Origin: Nemertoderma westbladi
Lineage: Eukaryota > Animalia > Xenacoelomorpha
Direction of reading: 5' to 3'
DNA: 64,000 nucleotides
Assembly: GCA_032718475.1 (NCBI GenBank)
Contig: JAUCBJ010006937.1
Span: forward strand, 124,001-188,000
The notes below the pieces were generated by a model. It did not search any database. It was not told where the DNA came from and worked only from the letters and a program-made list of their open reading frames with translations. This document shows positions 1 through 10,500 of this stretch, in pieces (the stretch's first letter is position 1; every line of letters starts with the position of its first letter). The position numbers and the translations under genes are program-made.

Positions 1-2202
1 TATACTAAATCCTGCTCGAGTAAAGGCATTACACTGAGCGTCGGAGTTGTAGAAGGGTTCAAGGAATCGTCTAAACACGTTGGTACGAATTCTCCCTTCC
101 ATGTAGAACGTATGATCTTCTCCGAGACAAAGTGGATGTCTTTTGAGAGTCCGAGACACAATGTCGGCGATTAGGCAAACATTCACTGACGACTCTATTG
201 CTAAATAATATTGTAAGACCGCTCTTGGAGGTGACGTAATAGCCCAATACACGCATCCTCTCCATTTAAGCTGTGATTCAAACTCACTCATATCTGGAGT
301 ATCACCTTCTCCATAAGTTTCAATATACTTGTTTCTTTTACCTTCCTTATAATCCCAATTGAATAACAGGTAGGAAATGTATCCAGTTCCAGTCTTCTGA
401 GTATTATACTCACGAAAATATCCCTGTTCTATAGACCACAGAATAAGAGGTCGAGTGTCGACGTATGGTGTCGGTAGTCGGTCATCGCTGTCCGTCATGC
501 CGGCGAAGTCGCTAATTAAATCCTCCCTTACTCCTGATCCAACCTTTACAACAGTTTTATCTAAAATCATGTTTCTTACCATCTTCGGTAGCATTCTAGC
601 GTCAATATTACAAGCTTGGTCCATCTTCTTTACTATATCGGTGATAAGATGGTGTCGCTTTGTATTCGCTGGAGGTATCGGCATTCGTTTGTCGCTCCTC
701 TGTCTACTGAAAACGTGCAGGACTCCGTCCGCCGCTCTAATCTGTATAGTCTTAGAAGTCAAACTCTGCTGATGACTGCCGCCCTCGTTATCGTAAAACA
801 TATAACCGTTTTCCTGAAACGATCTAAACGTCCTAGTCCATTCATCCAACAATTCTTCCGAAGGTTGCCAAATCTTCTCTATATCCTTATCCTCATCGAA
901 ACGAATAACCTTACCTCGCCAATCTGCGGCAATATCCGTATCCGACTCGAAGGTTCCGGTTCCAATCCATAAACGAATCGTCTTGGTTAGATATCCTTTC
1001 AGATTACTCGGAGCGATGTCGGCACCAGCTCTATCCAGTTCCTTGAAATCTTGAATATGAGGTGGAACGTTGTTCACGACCTTTTGAGTAATATGTCTAC
1101 GTAAATCATATATCTTACTCATATCGCTGAAAACAACTGCAGGAAGAAACTCCAAGTTTGAAATGATTTCTGGATGATCCACGATGGGTATTTCGTACAT
1201 CGTATCCTGTCGGACTGGTATACTAATAGGGAAATTGAGTGTCGTACTCAATGGTTTCGTAGTTAAAGTACTATACGGTTGCATTTCTCTTGGCCTCTCC
1301 GGGGATGCAATCTGTAATCTCTGAATAACGTTTTGAGCAAAGTTTATGCTCTCGAAAACTTCCGGTGTCATCTCCTTAGCTGAAGTTTGATCGTGTGACG
1401 TCCAATGGCAAGGTAGGCTCGCGAGTCTTCCACCCCATTCTTCCATCTCACCTTTCTCGAAAGCCTTGTAGGCTCTGTATAGGCTAAGAGCTTCTTTCTT
1501 TTCGCGGGTTGACTGATTCGCCTCGTCCAGCGTAAGTTCAAATACATCGGGTTCAACAACCTTAGGTGGGTAAATGACAGTTTCTCCCGCCTTTGGTCCG
1601 GTTATATCAAATGAATGATATGGATTCGATAAAGGATACCCTCCTTCCTGGTAGCGTAGTTGTTGATGATTCGAACACCTCGCCAACATCGGTTCGGGAT
1701 TTTCCTTATTCAAACGCATCGGAATCGCATTTCGTTGTTCGCGCATACAAGAACCGCATTGATAATAAAGTTTATAAACTGAAAATGCTTCCTTGGTTTC
1801 TCTATCGTCCCCTCGAGTTCGTCTGTAAAGATGCATTCCATCGAATTCATCGCGTACCGCAGGCATAGGTTCGTGCGCCTTTAGGTATTGCATGGTATGA
1901 TATAAACGACTAATTTCAGTATCGGGGTCTTCACTAATGTCTCCCGTGTCACACAAAGCATCGTACGGGTAAAGTTCGTTGAAGGTTTGGCGCAAACTTT
2001 CGATTCTTTCGTTTAATGCGTTTTGCCTTCTCTTTAATACATTCGAGTCATATTTAGTTCTCGCGAGTTTCGCTGTACTTTCCGATAATTCTTTTATACC
2101 AAATATAGTGTAATCCTTGGCTCCAAATCTTTCGAATGGCGCTGCTGCCTCCTCTTGGATATCATATCCCCATCTCGGCTCTCCTTGTATCCCTTTCTCC
2201 AT
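1..2202 (-). CDS. ORF3 of element A: zinc-binding module plus DEDDy-like 3'-5' exonuclease, >734 aa, partial at window edge
   Basis: Manual translation from ATG at 2202 (MEKGIQGEPRWG...) is open for 734 codons to base 1; motifs LYYQCGSC..RCSNH, MFYDNEG (781-795), LPKMVRNMILDKTVVKVGSGVREDL, YVDTR, KTGTGY, YYLAIE. Confidence 0.88.
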   Translation of the reverse strand, partial: MEKGIQGEPRWGYDIQEEAAAPFERFGAKDYTIFGIKELSESTAKLARTKYDSNVLKRRQNALNERIESLRQTFNELYPYDALCDTGDISEDPDTEISRLYHTMQYLKAHEPMPAVRDEFDGMHLYRRTRGDDRETKEAFSVYKLYYQCGSCMREQRNAIPMRLNKENPEPMLARCSNHQQLRYQEGGYPLSNPYHSFDITGPKAGETVIYPPKVVEPDVFELTLDEANQSTREKKEALSLYRAYKAFEKGEMEEWGGRLASLPCHWTSHDQTSAKEMTPEVFESINFAQNVIQRLQIASPERPREMQPYSTLTTKPLSTTLNFPISIPVRQDTMYEIPIVDHPEIISNLEFLPAVVFSDMSKIYDLRRHITQKVVNNVPPHIQDFKELDRAGADIAPSNLKGYLTKTIRLWIGTGTFESDTDIAADWRGKVIRFDEDKDIEKIWQPSEELLDEWTRTFRSFQENGYMFYDNEGGSHQQSLTSKTIQIRAADGVLHVFSRQRSDKRMPIPPANTKRHHLITDIVKKMDQACNIDARMLPKMVRNMILDKTVVKVGSGVREDLISDFAGMTDSDDRLPTPYVDTRPLILWSIEQGYFREYNTQKTGTGYISYLLFNWDYKEGKRNKYIETYGEGDTPDMSEFESQLKWRGCVYWAITSPPRAVLQYYLAIESSVNVCLIADIVSRTLKRHPLCLGEDHTFYMEGRIRTNVFRRFLEPFYNSDAQCNAFTRAGFSI

Positions 2203-2860
2203 AATTAGGGTGTAGTTACATAATCATTACTACTAGAGGGAATACAACAGAGTTTGTAGTTAGTTGTGAGGAGACGTGAGAGTTTCGTCTGCCTTTTGGG
2301 CTTCGACAACGCTCTAACCTCCTACCCATAGCCTAAGATCTAGGGTTTCTTTAATGACACGCTGCTTCTTATCTAAAATTTTTTGCCGAAGTAAAAACGA
2401 ATTTGGGCTAAACTGGCCGTGAGTCTAAAATACTCACCTTTTGATCCCAAACTATTATCAGAAAATAAGCAGTCAAGAATTAGTAATAAATATAGGGGAG
2501 TCTATTTTGACGTAACTTATTGAAACAAGACCGTGTAAAATTTAATTAAAATTTTAAGAAAGGCTCGCAAGTCTTCCTCTCTTGTTTCTCTAATTTTAAG
2601 TTCCACCCGACTGTACCCTGAAATCTATTCACTGGAGAAATTTTAAAAATTTTTCAAATCCAAATGGATTGTCTAAAATTTCGAAAATGTCTCAATATTG
2701 TGAGTTCCAAGTAGAATTCCATTTCTTATACCTACAAATCCCGCTCCTATGTGACACATAAGGGTACTACCCTCAATGTTCACATATAAAGACAATGGAA
2801 TTCTACCGCTGTCCTTACTACGGTGTACAGGTACGTGGAAATCTATTTGTAAACTCCTAA

Positions 2861-5800
2861 TTATTTACTAGTATTAGGTGGAGATTTGTAGTCTCCAGAC
2901 TCGTTACGAGTCTCTTCAAGAAGTACGAGACGTTGAGTCGGTCTGTCTACTGTACGACCGTCAATTGTTCGTACCGTCACAGTTCTTGTCACTCCATCCA
3001 TAGATGGATGTGTGGCTAAAATGACACCTGTTATCCAGAAGCGTCTTTTTAGATTCACTTCTGCCAACAGCACGTGATCTCCCGGCTTTAATGCGCGGGT
3101 GTTATTGTACCAGTTTGTTCTGGCAGAAATAGAGGGCAAATAATGGTTTTGCCATATTTCCCAGAATTTGTTAGCCAGTAGTTGCGTGATTTTCCACGCT
3201 TTTCTACCGTAACTATCGCTTTCCATTGGAATGGAAATCGGCGTCAATGTCGTCGGTGCCTGCATAAGCAGGTGTGCCGGTGTTAAAGCAAATTGAGATT
3301 GTTTGTCATCGGGTACTAATACTATTGGTCTAGTATTTAGTATTGCCTCGATTTCAACAAACAATGTTGTCAGTTGGTCGTCTGTTAATATGTGGTTTAC
3401 TGGAATGACCTTTGCCATTGCTGTCTTTATAGATCTAATCAGTCTCTCCCAGACTCCGCCTCTCCAAGGACTATCTGGAGGATTGAACTTCCAAACAATC
3501 TTGTGAGGTTGCAGTTCGTTTGAGATTTGATCATGATCCAATTTCTTAAAGGCTCTAGCAATCTCATTCCGAGCACCAACAAAGTTTGTCCCTTGGTCTG
3601 AGTACAAGCATTTTACTAGTCCGCGTCTAGCGATAAATCGCCGCAGTGCTAGTATAAACGCGTTGGTGGAAAGATCCATCACACGTTCAATGTGAACTGC
3701 CCTACTGGACATACATGTGAAAATCAGTCCCCAGCGTTTTACTAGTATACGTCCACGTTTCGTATGTATGGGACCAAAGCAATCAATTCCAGTTTCTGTA
3801 AAAGGTGGTCTGAATGCTTGAAGTCGTGCTTGTGGTAGTTCACTCATTTCTTGGGTACCTATTCTAGAATGTACCTTTTTACAAATAATACACGTACGTG
3901 TCACTGAACTTAATGCTTTACTGGGTCTAATTAATACAAATCTAGTGCGTAAGTAGGAAAGACAGTGGTGTCTTCCAGCGTGTTTCAGATGTAGATGTGC
4001 GTCCAGTATCATTGCACGTTGTAGTTCGTGATGTTGCGGTATTATTATTGGGTACCTAAAGTTCGTGTTAAAGTCAATGTTTTGAAGCCGAGATTTATGA
4101 CAAATCAAGCCATTATAAATAATCGGACTCCAACTCAGTATCGGTGACGACTTGATTGGTTGACCTTGATTTATAGATGTGAATTCGCGCGCGAAATATC
4201 GCAGTTGGTAATGGCGAATTAATTTAATCTCACACCTGTCAATCTCAGCCAATGTAAGTCGACGTGTAAAGTCACGTTTGCCTTTAACGTATTGTACAAA
4301 ACGTACAATCCACGCTAATTTTCGGCAAGCGTTTGACCAAGAGTCTGTTAAGTTTACGATACGGTCGACGTAAGTATTTGTGACGTCATCAGGTAAGTCA
4401 ATGGAGAACTTGGAAGGTTTTGAATTACTAGAAGGGCCCACGGGTCCGCCGGTAGGTATTCCCTTGTTGACTGTTGATCCGTCCGCGTCTACAAGTAATT
4501 TGTCCTCTTTTGTCCTCTTACCTTGATTGTCAGTACTTTGTAAGTCGATCGTTAATGGTGGTTTGAACTCTATGGGGTCAGCAGGTTTCGGTAAACTTAT
4601 TTTCCTGCCGACATTAATCCCAGGTCTCACTATAGGTTGTAAGTTCGGTATGTCTCTTGAGCGCAAAGTAACACCTGTATTTACATTAGCGTAGGTACTA
4701 CCCACATCTGTAATACATGAGGTTTCACCGTGCTTATGGTTGCGCTTATGGGTGCTTACTGCGGCTTTACTGTTAGTTGATACATTACTAATGTCCGGTA
4801 TAACATTTTGTGATGTTTCTGACAAAATGTCTAGTCGACTGTCTAGTAATGTGTCTGGCGATACGTCTGGTAACGTATCTAGTAGTTTGTCAATAGAAGG
4901 CCGCTCCAATAGAGAAACTGCGGCTTTACTGTTTGTCAGTGTGTTACTAGCGTCTGGTGGAACATTTTGTGATATGTCTGGCAAAATGTCTGGTTGACTG
5001 TCTAGTAACGTGTCTGGTTGACCGTCTGGTAACGTGTCTGGTTGACCGTCTGGCGATATGTCTGGTGTAGAAAGGCTCGCAAGTCTTCCTCTCTTGACCT
5101 TTGAAGTTATATCTTTCCATTTCGCCTTCGGTTTTTTCTTGAGTTTCGCCGCCGTCGTCTTTTTCTTTGTCTTCCCCTTTTTTGGTTTCTTGATTTCGGC
5201 GTCCTTGGGAATGGTGTTGGACTTGTTGTCGTATAACGGAGGCCAATCTTGTGTCGATTTCTGCAGGAACTGGGGTCCGTGTTGCCAAAACTCTTTGTTC
5301 TCCGGTTTACAGAATTCCTCAGGCATCATTCCTCGCGACGCAATATCAGCTGGGTTTTGTGGTCCGGGACAATGTCGCCAATCCCCTTTTATTGAACGGT
5401 CTAGAATTTCCGCGCGACAGTTAGCTACGAATGTCTTGAATTCGAGAGTGTCGTTGTTTATGTAAAATAAAACTAACGTCGCGTCAGTCCAATAAAATAT
5501 CTGTAAACTCGACTGTAGTTCTGTCTGTATGAGGTTCACGATGGTGGTTGACAGGGTCGCGGCTTGTAGCTCGGCTCGTGGTGTTGTCATATACTTAGTA
5601 GGCATGGTCTTAGCCTTGGAAGTAATGAGCGAAACATCGAACTCGTCCGATTCTACTTGTCTGCGCAAATACGCTGCCACACCAAACCCGTTGTCACTGG
5701 CGTCAGAAAAACAGTGTAGTTCTAAGTTGTCAGGAAATGTACTCTGTAATGGAAAGTAAACCCTGGGTATGAAATAATCCTCTAGCGAAGACAATTCCGC

Positions 5801-7558
5801 CTCCCAGGTCTTCCATAAGTCCACTTGGTCTGATGAGATCGGCTCGTCCCACGTTAGTCCATCCTTCCATATACTGCGCATATAAATGCGGGCTTGCAGT
5901 ATCACTGGACTGATGAATCCTAACGGGTCGAACAATCGGCTCAACTTTGACAAGCATGATCTCTTGGTCAGTGTGTTTCCTTGACTGTCCAGTCTCACCT
6001 TCACTCGAAAGTTGTCTGTGTTTGGGTCCCAAAAGAGCCCCAACACCTTAGTCGTCGGTAGTGGTTCGAACTCTAGGTCTATGTCACCACCTCCACGCTC
6101 AGTAGTTCCGAATGAGTCAACTAATTCGGCACTGTTTGAGGCGAATTTGGTGAGGTTAAAACCTCCGCCCGCCAAGCAGTCCCGTAATTGATGTGCTACT
6201 GTTGTAGCACGTTCTACTGTGTCGCAGCTCTGTAATCCGTCATCAACGTAAAAGTCACGTTCTACAATTCTAATTATCTCTGGGTCATACAGATGTTTCT
6301 GATCTCTAGCGGCTTGCTTCAAGGCGTACATCGTACAATTTGGGCTGTCTCTGGCACCGAAAACGCGAACTTGCATTTGGTAAGTCGCTGGTGGTAGACT
6401 TAAGTCCCCTTCCGGATACCAGAGAAACCGCAAACTGTCTCTGTCTCGCTCTAACGCTTTCACTTGGTGAAACATCGCTTCAACGTCGCAAGTAAAGGCT
6501 ACTTGACGCTGACGGAAGCGCATAATCACCCCCATAAGATAATTATTCATGTTCGGTCCATCCATCAACTCACTATTGAGGGACATTCCCTCAAACAGAG
6601 CCGCACAGTCATTGACTACACGTACTTTGTCTGGTTTATCGGGGTGTCTCACGTAGTGATGTGGCAAGTAATACGTTTGGTCGGTCACTCGCTCCGGGTT
6701 AGTCATTCGGATAGCGTATCCCTTCGTCAAATACGTCTCCATCTGAGTGTTGTACTGCAGATGGGCTTTCTCGTCCTTTAATAGACGTTGCCGTATTGAG
6801 TGTAGACGTCTTAAAGCCAGTGGGTAGTTGTTTATAAGTTTAGGACTTTGGCTACGCCATAACATACCCACCTCGTAATGTCCGTCCTCCGTCTGTCGGA
6901 TAGTCTCTTCCATGATCTTCAGAGATTGTTTCTCCTGTTCCGACATACAAGGTTCGTAGCTACCAGGTTCAGCTGTATCTTGTTCTAACCACCTGATAGT
7001 CTTCTCCGTTAATTCTTTGTCCAAGGCGGCTTGTTCCAACTGATGATTTCTCAACGCGTCATCATCGATATCGACTGGCACTGTTGAGGTTATTGGGGTA
7101 GGTAGACTCGCAAGCCTATCATCTGTCGTCGATGGAATCTCTAGCTGATTCGTCTTCTCCCCAAGTTCTAAACTCACCTGGTGGGTTAGCTGCTCCTTGT
7201 GACTTATCATACTAGTTACACGTCTGTCATGTTTTGTCGACTGTAGTGTAGTATGGTTCACGTCGTGTGAAAAGGAATGAATTGAATTTGTAGTCAATAA
7301 ACTACATGTACTCTGTACATCGTCTTCCTCGTCACTTACGTCTAGTGTGCGCACAGGCGCTCGAGTATACCACCCTATCGGCGTTCTGCAGGCGTATGCG
7401 TTTCCCGCTACAACTGCCGATGGTCTGGTTTCCCACACCTGATGTAGGTTGAATTGGTCCGTCCCGATCAGCATTGCTACCGATCTATAATTGACAGGAC
7501 ATTCGGGTACACCAAGGTGTCTGAAATACTTACGGTCCTCCAGAGATTGTTCCGGCAC
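2861..7558 (-). CDS. pol: Pol of element A (RT, RNase H, integrase)
   Basis: 1565-aa ORF with YYLPHH, DVEAMFHQV, FYVDDG, FSDAS, HHCC finger and DDE integrase core; repetitive linker between RNase H and IN. Confidence 0.95.
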   Translation of the reverse strand: MPEQSLEDRKYFRHLGVPECPVNYRSVAMLIGTDQFNLHQVWETRPSAVVAGNAYACRTPIGWYTRAPVRTLDVSDEEDDVQSTCSLLTTNSIHSFSHDVNHTTLQSTKHDRRVTSMISHKEQLTHQVSLELGEKTNQLEIPSTTDDRLASLPTPITSTVPVDIDDDALRNHQLEQAALDKELTEKTIRWLEQDTAEPGSYEPCMSEQEKQSLKIMEETIRQTEDGHYEVGMLWRSQSPKLINNYPLALRRLHSIRQRLLKDEKAHLQYNTQMETYLTKGYAIRMTNPERVTDQTYYLPHHYVRHPDKPDKVRVVNDCAALFEGMSLNSELMDGPNMNNYLMGVIMRFRQRQVAFTCDVEAMFHQVKALERDRDSLRFLWYPEGDLSLPPATYQMQVRVFGARDSPNCTMYALKQAARDQKHLYDPEIIRIVERDFYVDDGLQSCDTVERATTVAHQLRDCLAGGGFNLTKFASNSAELVDSFGTTERGGGDIDLEFEPLPTTKVLGLFWDPNTDNFRVKVRLDSQGNTLTKRSCLSKLSRLFDPLGFISPVILQARIYMRSIWKDGLTWDEPISSDQVDLWKTWEAELSSLEDYFIPRVYFPLQSTFPDNLELHCFSDASDNGFGVAAYLRRQVESDEFDVSLITSKAKTMPTKYMTTPRAELQAATLSTTIVNLIQTELQSSLQIFYWTDATLVLFYINNDTLEFKTFVANCRAEILDRSIKGDWRHCPGPQNPADIASRGMMPEEFCKPENKEFWQHGPQFLQKSTQDWPPLYDNKSNTIPKDAEIKKPKKGKTKKKTTAAKLKKKPKAKWKDITSKVKRGRLASLSTPDISPDGQPDTLPDGQPDTLLDSQPDILPDISQNVPPDASNTLTNSKAAVSLLERPSIDKLLDTLPDVSPDTLLDSRLDILSETSQNVIPDISNVSTNSKAAVSTHKRNHKHGETSCITDVGSTYANVNTGVTLRSRDIPNLQPIVRPGINVGRKISLPKPADPIEFKPPLTIDLQSTDNQGKRTKEDKLLVDADGSTVNKGIPTGGPVGPSSNSKPSKFSIDLPDDVTNTYVDRIVNLTDSWSNACRKLAWIVRFVQYVKGKRDFTRRLTLAEIDRCEIKLIRHYQLRYFAREFTSINQGQPIKSSPILSWSPIIYNGLICHKSRLQNIDFNTNFRYPIIIPQHHELQRAMILDAHLHLKHAGRHHCLSYLRTRFVLIRPSKALSSVTRTCIICKKVHSRIGTQEMSELPQARLQAFRPPFTETGIDCFGPIHTKRGRILVKRWGLIFTCMSSRAVHIERVMDLSTNAFILALRRFIARRGLVKCLYSDQGTNFVGARNEIARAFKKLDHDQISNELQPHKIVWKFNPPDSPWRGGVWERLIRSIKTAMAKVIPVNHILTDDQLTTLFVEIEAILNTRPIVLVPDDKQSQFALTPAHLLMQAPTTLTPISIPMESDSYGRKAWKITQLLANKFWEIWQNHYLPSISARTNWYNNTRALKPGDHVLLAEVNLKRRFWITGVILATHPSMDGVTRTVTVRTIDGRTVDRPTQRLVLLEETRNESGDYKSPPNTSK

Positions 7559-7563
7559 TGGAC

Positions 7564-10500
7564 CTAGTAGGTTACTAAAGTCCTTCGTGGCCGCAAAGGT
7601 TCTCTAAAGGGCAACAAAGACCTCTCCCTCTCGCTGTGTTGCGATTTTGGAAGAAGAGAGTCTAAGTCCAACTTAACTCGTGTCACTGGTATTGCACGCT
7701 GTCCGTGCATACTACTTACTGTATAACTGACGTGCTTACCTTGTTTTAGATCCGTCACGACGTCAGCTATCTTTTCGTCCACGTAGCTATGGGATGAGGC
7801 TGAATCTAGAATCGCATAGATCCTCTTGCTCCCCTTTGTGCCAGTAACCTTGATCGGGATTACACTGAATCCCTTCAGTTGATCAGTGGTCAGGAGCGCG
7901 ATCGACGGTTGTTCGTCTCCATTGGAATATACATCGTCGTCTTCTGATTCTTCGTCCGACGATCCGGATTGTTCTGAGAAGCAATCCTCAATATGGGTCA
8001 CGAAAGTTGGAGTCGTTTTCGATTCTCGTTTTCGGTAGGCCGCGTCACATCTCGCTGCTGCTTCCGGGTGTTCCCTGGCGAAGCGTTTCGTCGGCGTGTG
8101 GCTGTCTGTGTGGAGCAGACCGTCGTGGTTGCGTCCACAGGATGGACAAGTGTCGGTATTTGGGCAATCCTTACGGACGTGTCCGTGTCGCGTACACCGC
8201 CAACAAGAGTCCAGTGGCCGTATCTGCAGCCGTCGTTCTTCTGAGTTCAACTCGCGAAATTGTCGACAACCTCGTAACTTGTGACCAATATACCGCTTAC
8301 CTAAATGTTCGCAGTATTGGCAGCCGTTGAAGTCGGCGCTGAGTTGCTGTCTCGTCTGTTTCGTTCCAATGGGCGCAGATACTCTATTACCGTCTGAGAA
8401 TTGTCGTGATTCCGTCGGTGTGGCGTAAGTGGCCGTCTTTGTGGATGTTGTCTGGGGTTTTTGTCGGTTTGAAGAGGGCAATGTGATTCCTTCTGCCACG
8501 ATGTGCTGGTCGGTATAGTTAGATCGAGTTTCTACTACCGCCTCCCTGGATATTAAAAGGTACACATCTTCTAATTTTAGGAATCCTCCTCGCTCCTCTC
8601 GCTGGTATTCGACCTTCCTCCACTCCCGACGAAGTCGATGGTGGAGTCGTCCTATTATCTTTAATAGAACTGTAGGGGTATTTCCATAATCAAGTTGTCC
8701 AATTGATCTTAAGGTAGTGATAGCGTTCTTAATCTCGTCAGCCAGTTTTAGTAAGTCGACGGGTTTAGTGATAGCCCCTCCCTTACAGAGTTCCTCTATT
8801 ACTGACCTGGCCATACTCACTGTACCTCCGTATATCGAAGTCAAACGATCGTACGCTAGTTCGAAAGCGTCCGGTACACCAACGAAGGTCTCCGCCAAAC
8901 GTTTAGGTTCTCCTGACAACGTTTGGAGCAGGTAATTGAACTTCTCCCGTGATGTAAAGGCGCACACGGCGATCTGGGATTCGATATAGTCTACGAAGGT
9001 ATGCCAGTGTTTTGAGCTACCGGAAAACTTCGGTGGTTGTTGTACCGGCAATCCCTGTCTGGCTGCGAATTTCGCTATCTCCTCGGCAACGTTCAGAGTT
9101 TCGCGTCCTTGGTTGGTACACTGGTTGATGTTCTCCCTTCTTGGCGCTTTTCCCTGATACGATGTGGGGTTTGAAGGTACCGGTCTTTGTGGTGCCTTCG
9201 GGTGTCTATTGTGTTCGAATTCGGTGTTCCTCGAACTATCGGTTTGAACTTCCTCCAGACGCTCCTCGATCTGAGCCAACTTGTTGACAACTGGTCGCAG
9301 AATGTCGGCGAACTGTTGTGTACTAATTGCGTCCGTTGGTTGTAACGCCTTCTGTGTTGGTGTATTCTGTGGAGGATTGTCTGCAAAGGAGTTGTCTGAA
9401 CGCTCGCGTTTATATTCATCGGCCGCCCCTGTTCTAAATACCTCGCGTTTCGGGTAATCCGATTCGCTCGAAGTACTACTATCATCTGGATATGGTGGTC
9501 GACGTGCTCGCGTCCGTTGCGTCGTTCGAATTCTAACGGCTCGTTTCGGAACATCGTCCACTGATCTCCGTTGTTCGGTAGGCTCACAAGTCTTCCTCGA
9601 AGTCGTAGATTGCGATGTGAACTGGTTAAACGGTCGCGTATCCACTGTTCTCCGTTGTTCGGTAGGCTCACAAGTCTTCCTCGAAGTCGTAGATTGCGAT
9701 GTAAACTGAACCGGTGGGCGAATGACAGCATTTGAAACAACTGGCCTTGTAGGTCGAAACGTCATTGGGTAAGCGTAATGTGTAACGGGTTTAGGTGTCA
9801 AAGGTGGACTCACCTGTTTTGTCGTCAGTAGCGCAGGTCCGGTCAATAAACTACTACGATCTGTAATCGGTGGGTTACTTACCTTGACTCTCGGAATAGG
9901 CGACGATGTTGCTCTTGGCGGTATAAACTCGTCCGGAATAACAAACCTGTGTTCCGTCGCACCATGGATAGGAGAAATATCACTACTACCCGCAATCGAA
10001 ACAGGTTCCTTAGTCGTAACCGGTGCAAACATATGAGTTACCTGTGGGAATCGTTGACACACGTCTTTTACTAATTGTCGTTCCCGTCTGGGTGCTCCTA
10101 TGCTTCCTTCCTTCTTCCGTTCCTGAATTTGGCGATGTCTTACCTCTAACTGGTCCAAATCATGTCCGTCACGAGATCTCATCGATCGGTCGCGGGCTAG
10201 AAGATCCAGATTTTCCTTGGTTTCGGCTAATTCTCTCGCCCTTTTTTCAAGTTCGAAACGAAGTTTAACTTCCTTTTCTCGTTGTTCCGTTTGTTGTTGT
10301 TGCGCCTCGAACTCTGCTTGTCGTATCGCTTGTTGGGCTTTTATTTGCCGTGTCTTCATCTCGACTCTGGCTTCCGAAACTAATCTTTGTCGCTCTAACT
10401 CTGCCGCTGCCGTTTGTCGCTCTAACTCTGCCGCAGCCGTTCGTTGCGCTAACTCGGCTGTTGCCGTTTGTCGCTCTAACTCGGCCGCTGCCGCTGCCGC

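Noticed and set aside
71-1868. Short listed ORFs on either strand
   Set aside because: Shadows of the long minus-strand ORF3; the same applies to the many antisense ORFs over gag-pol
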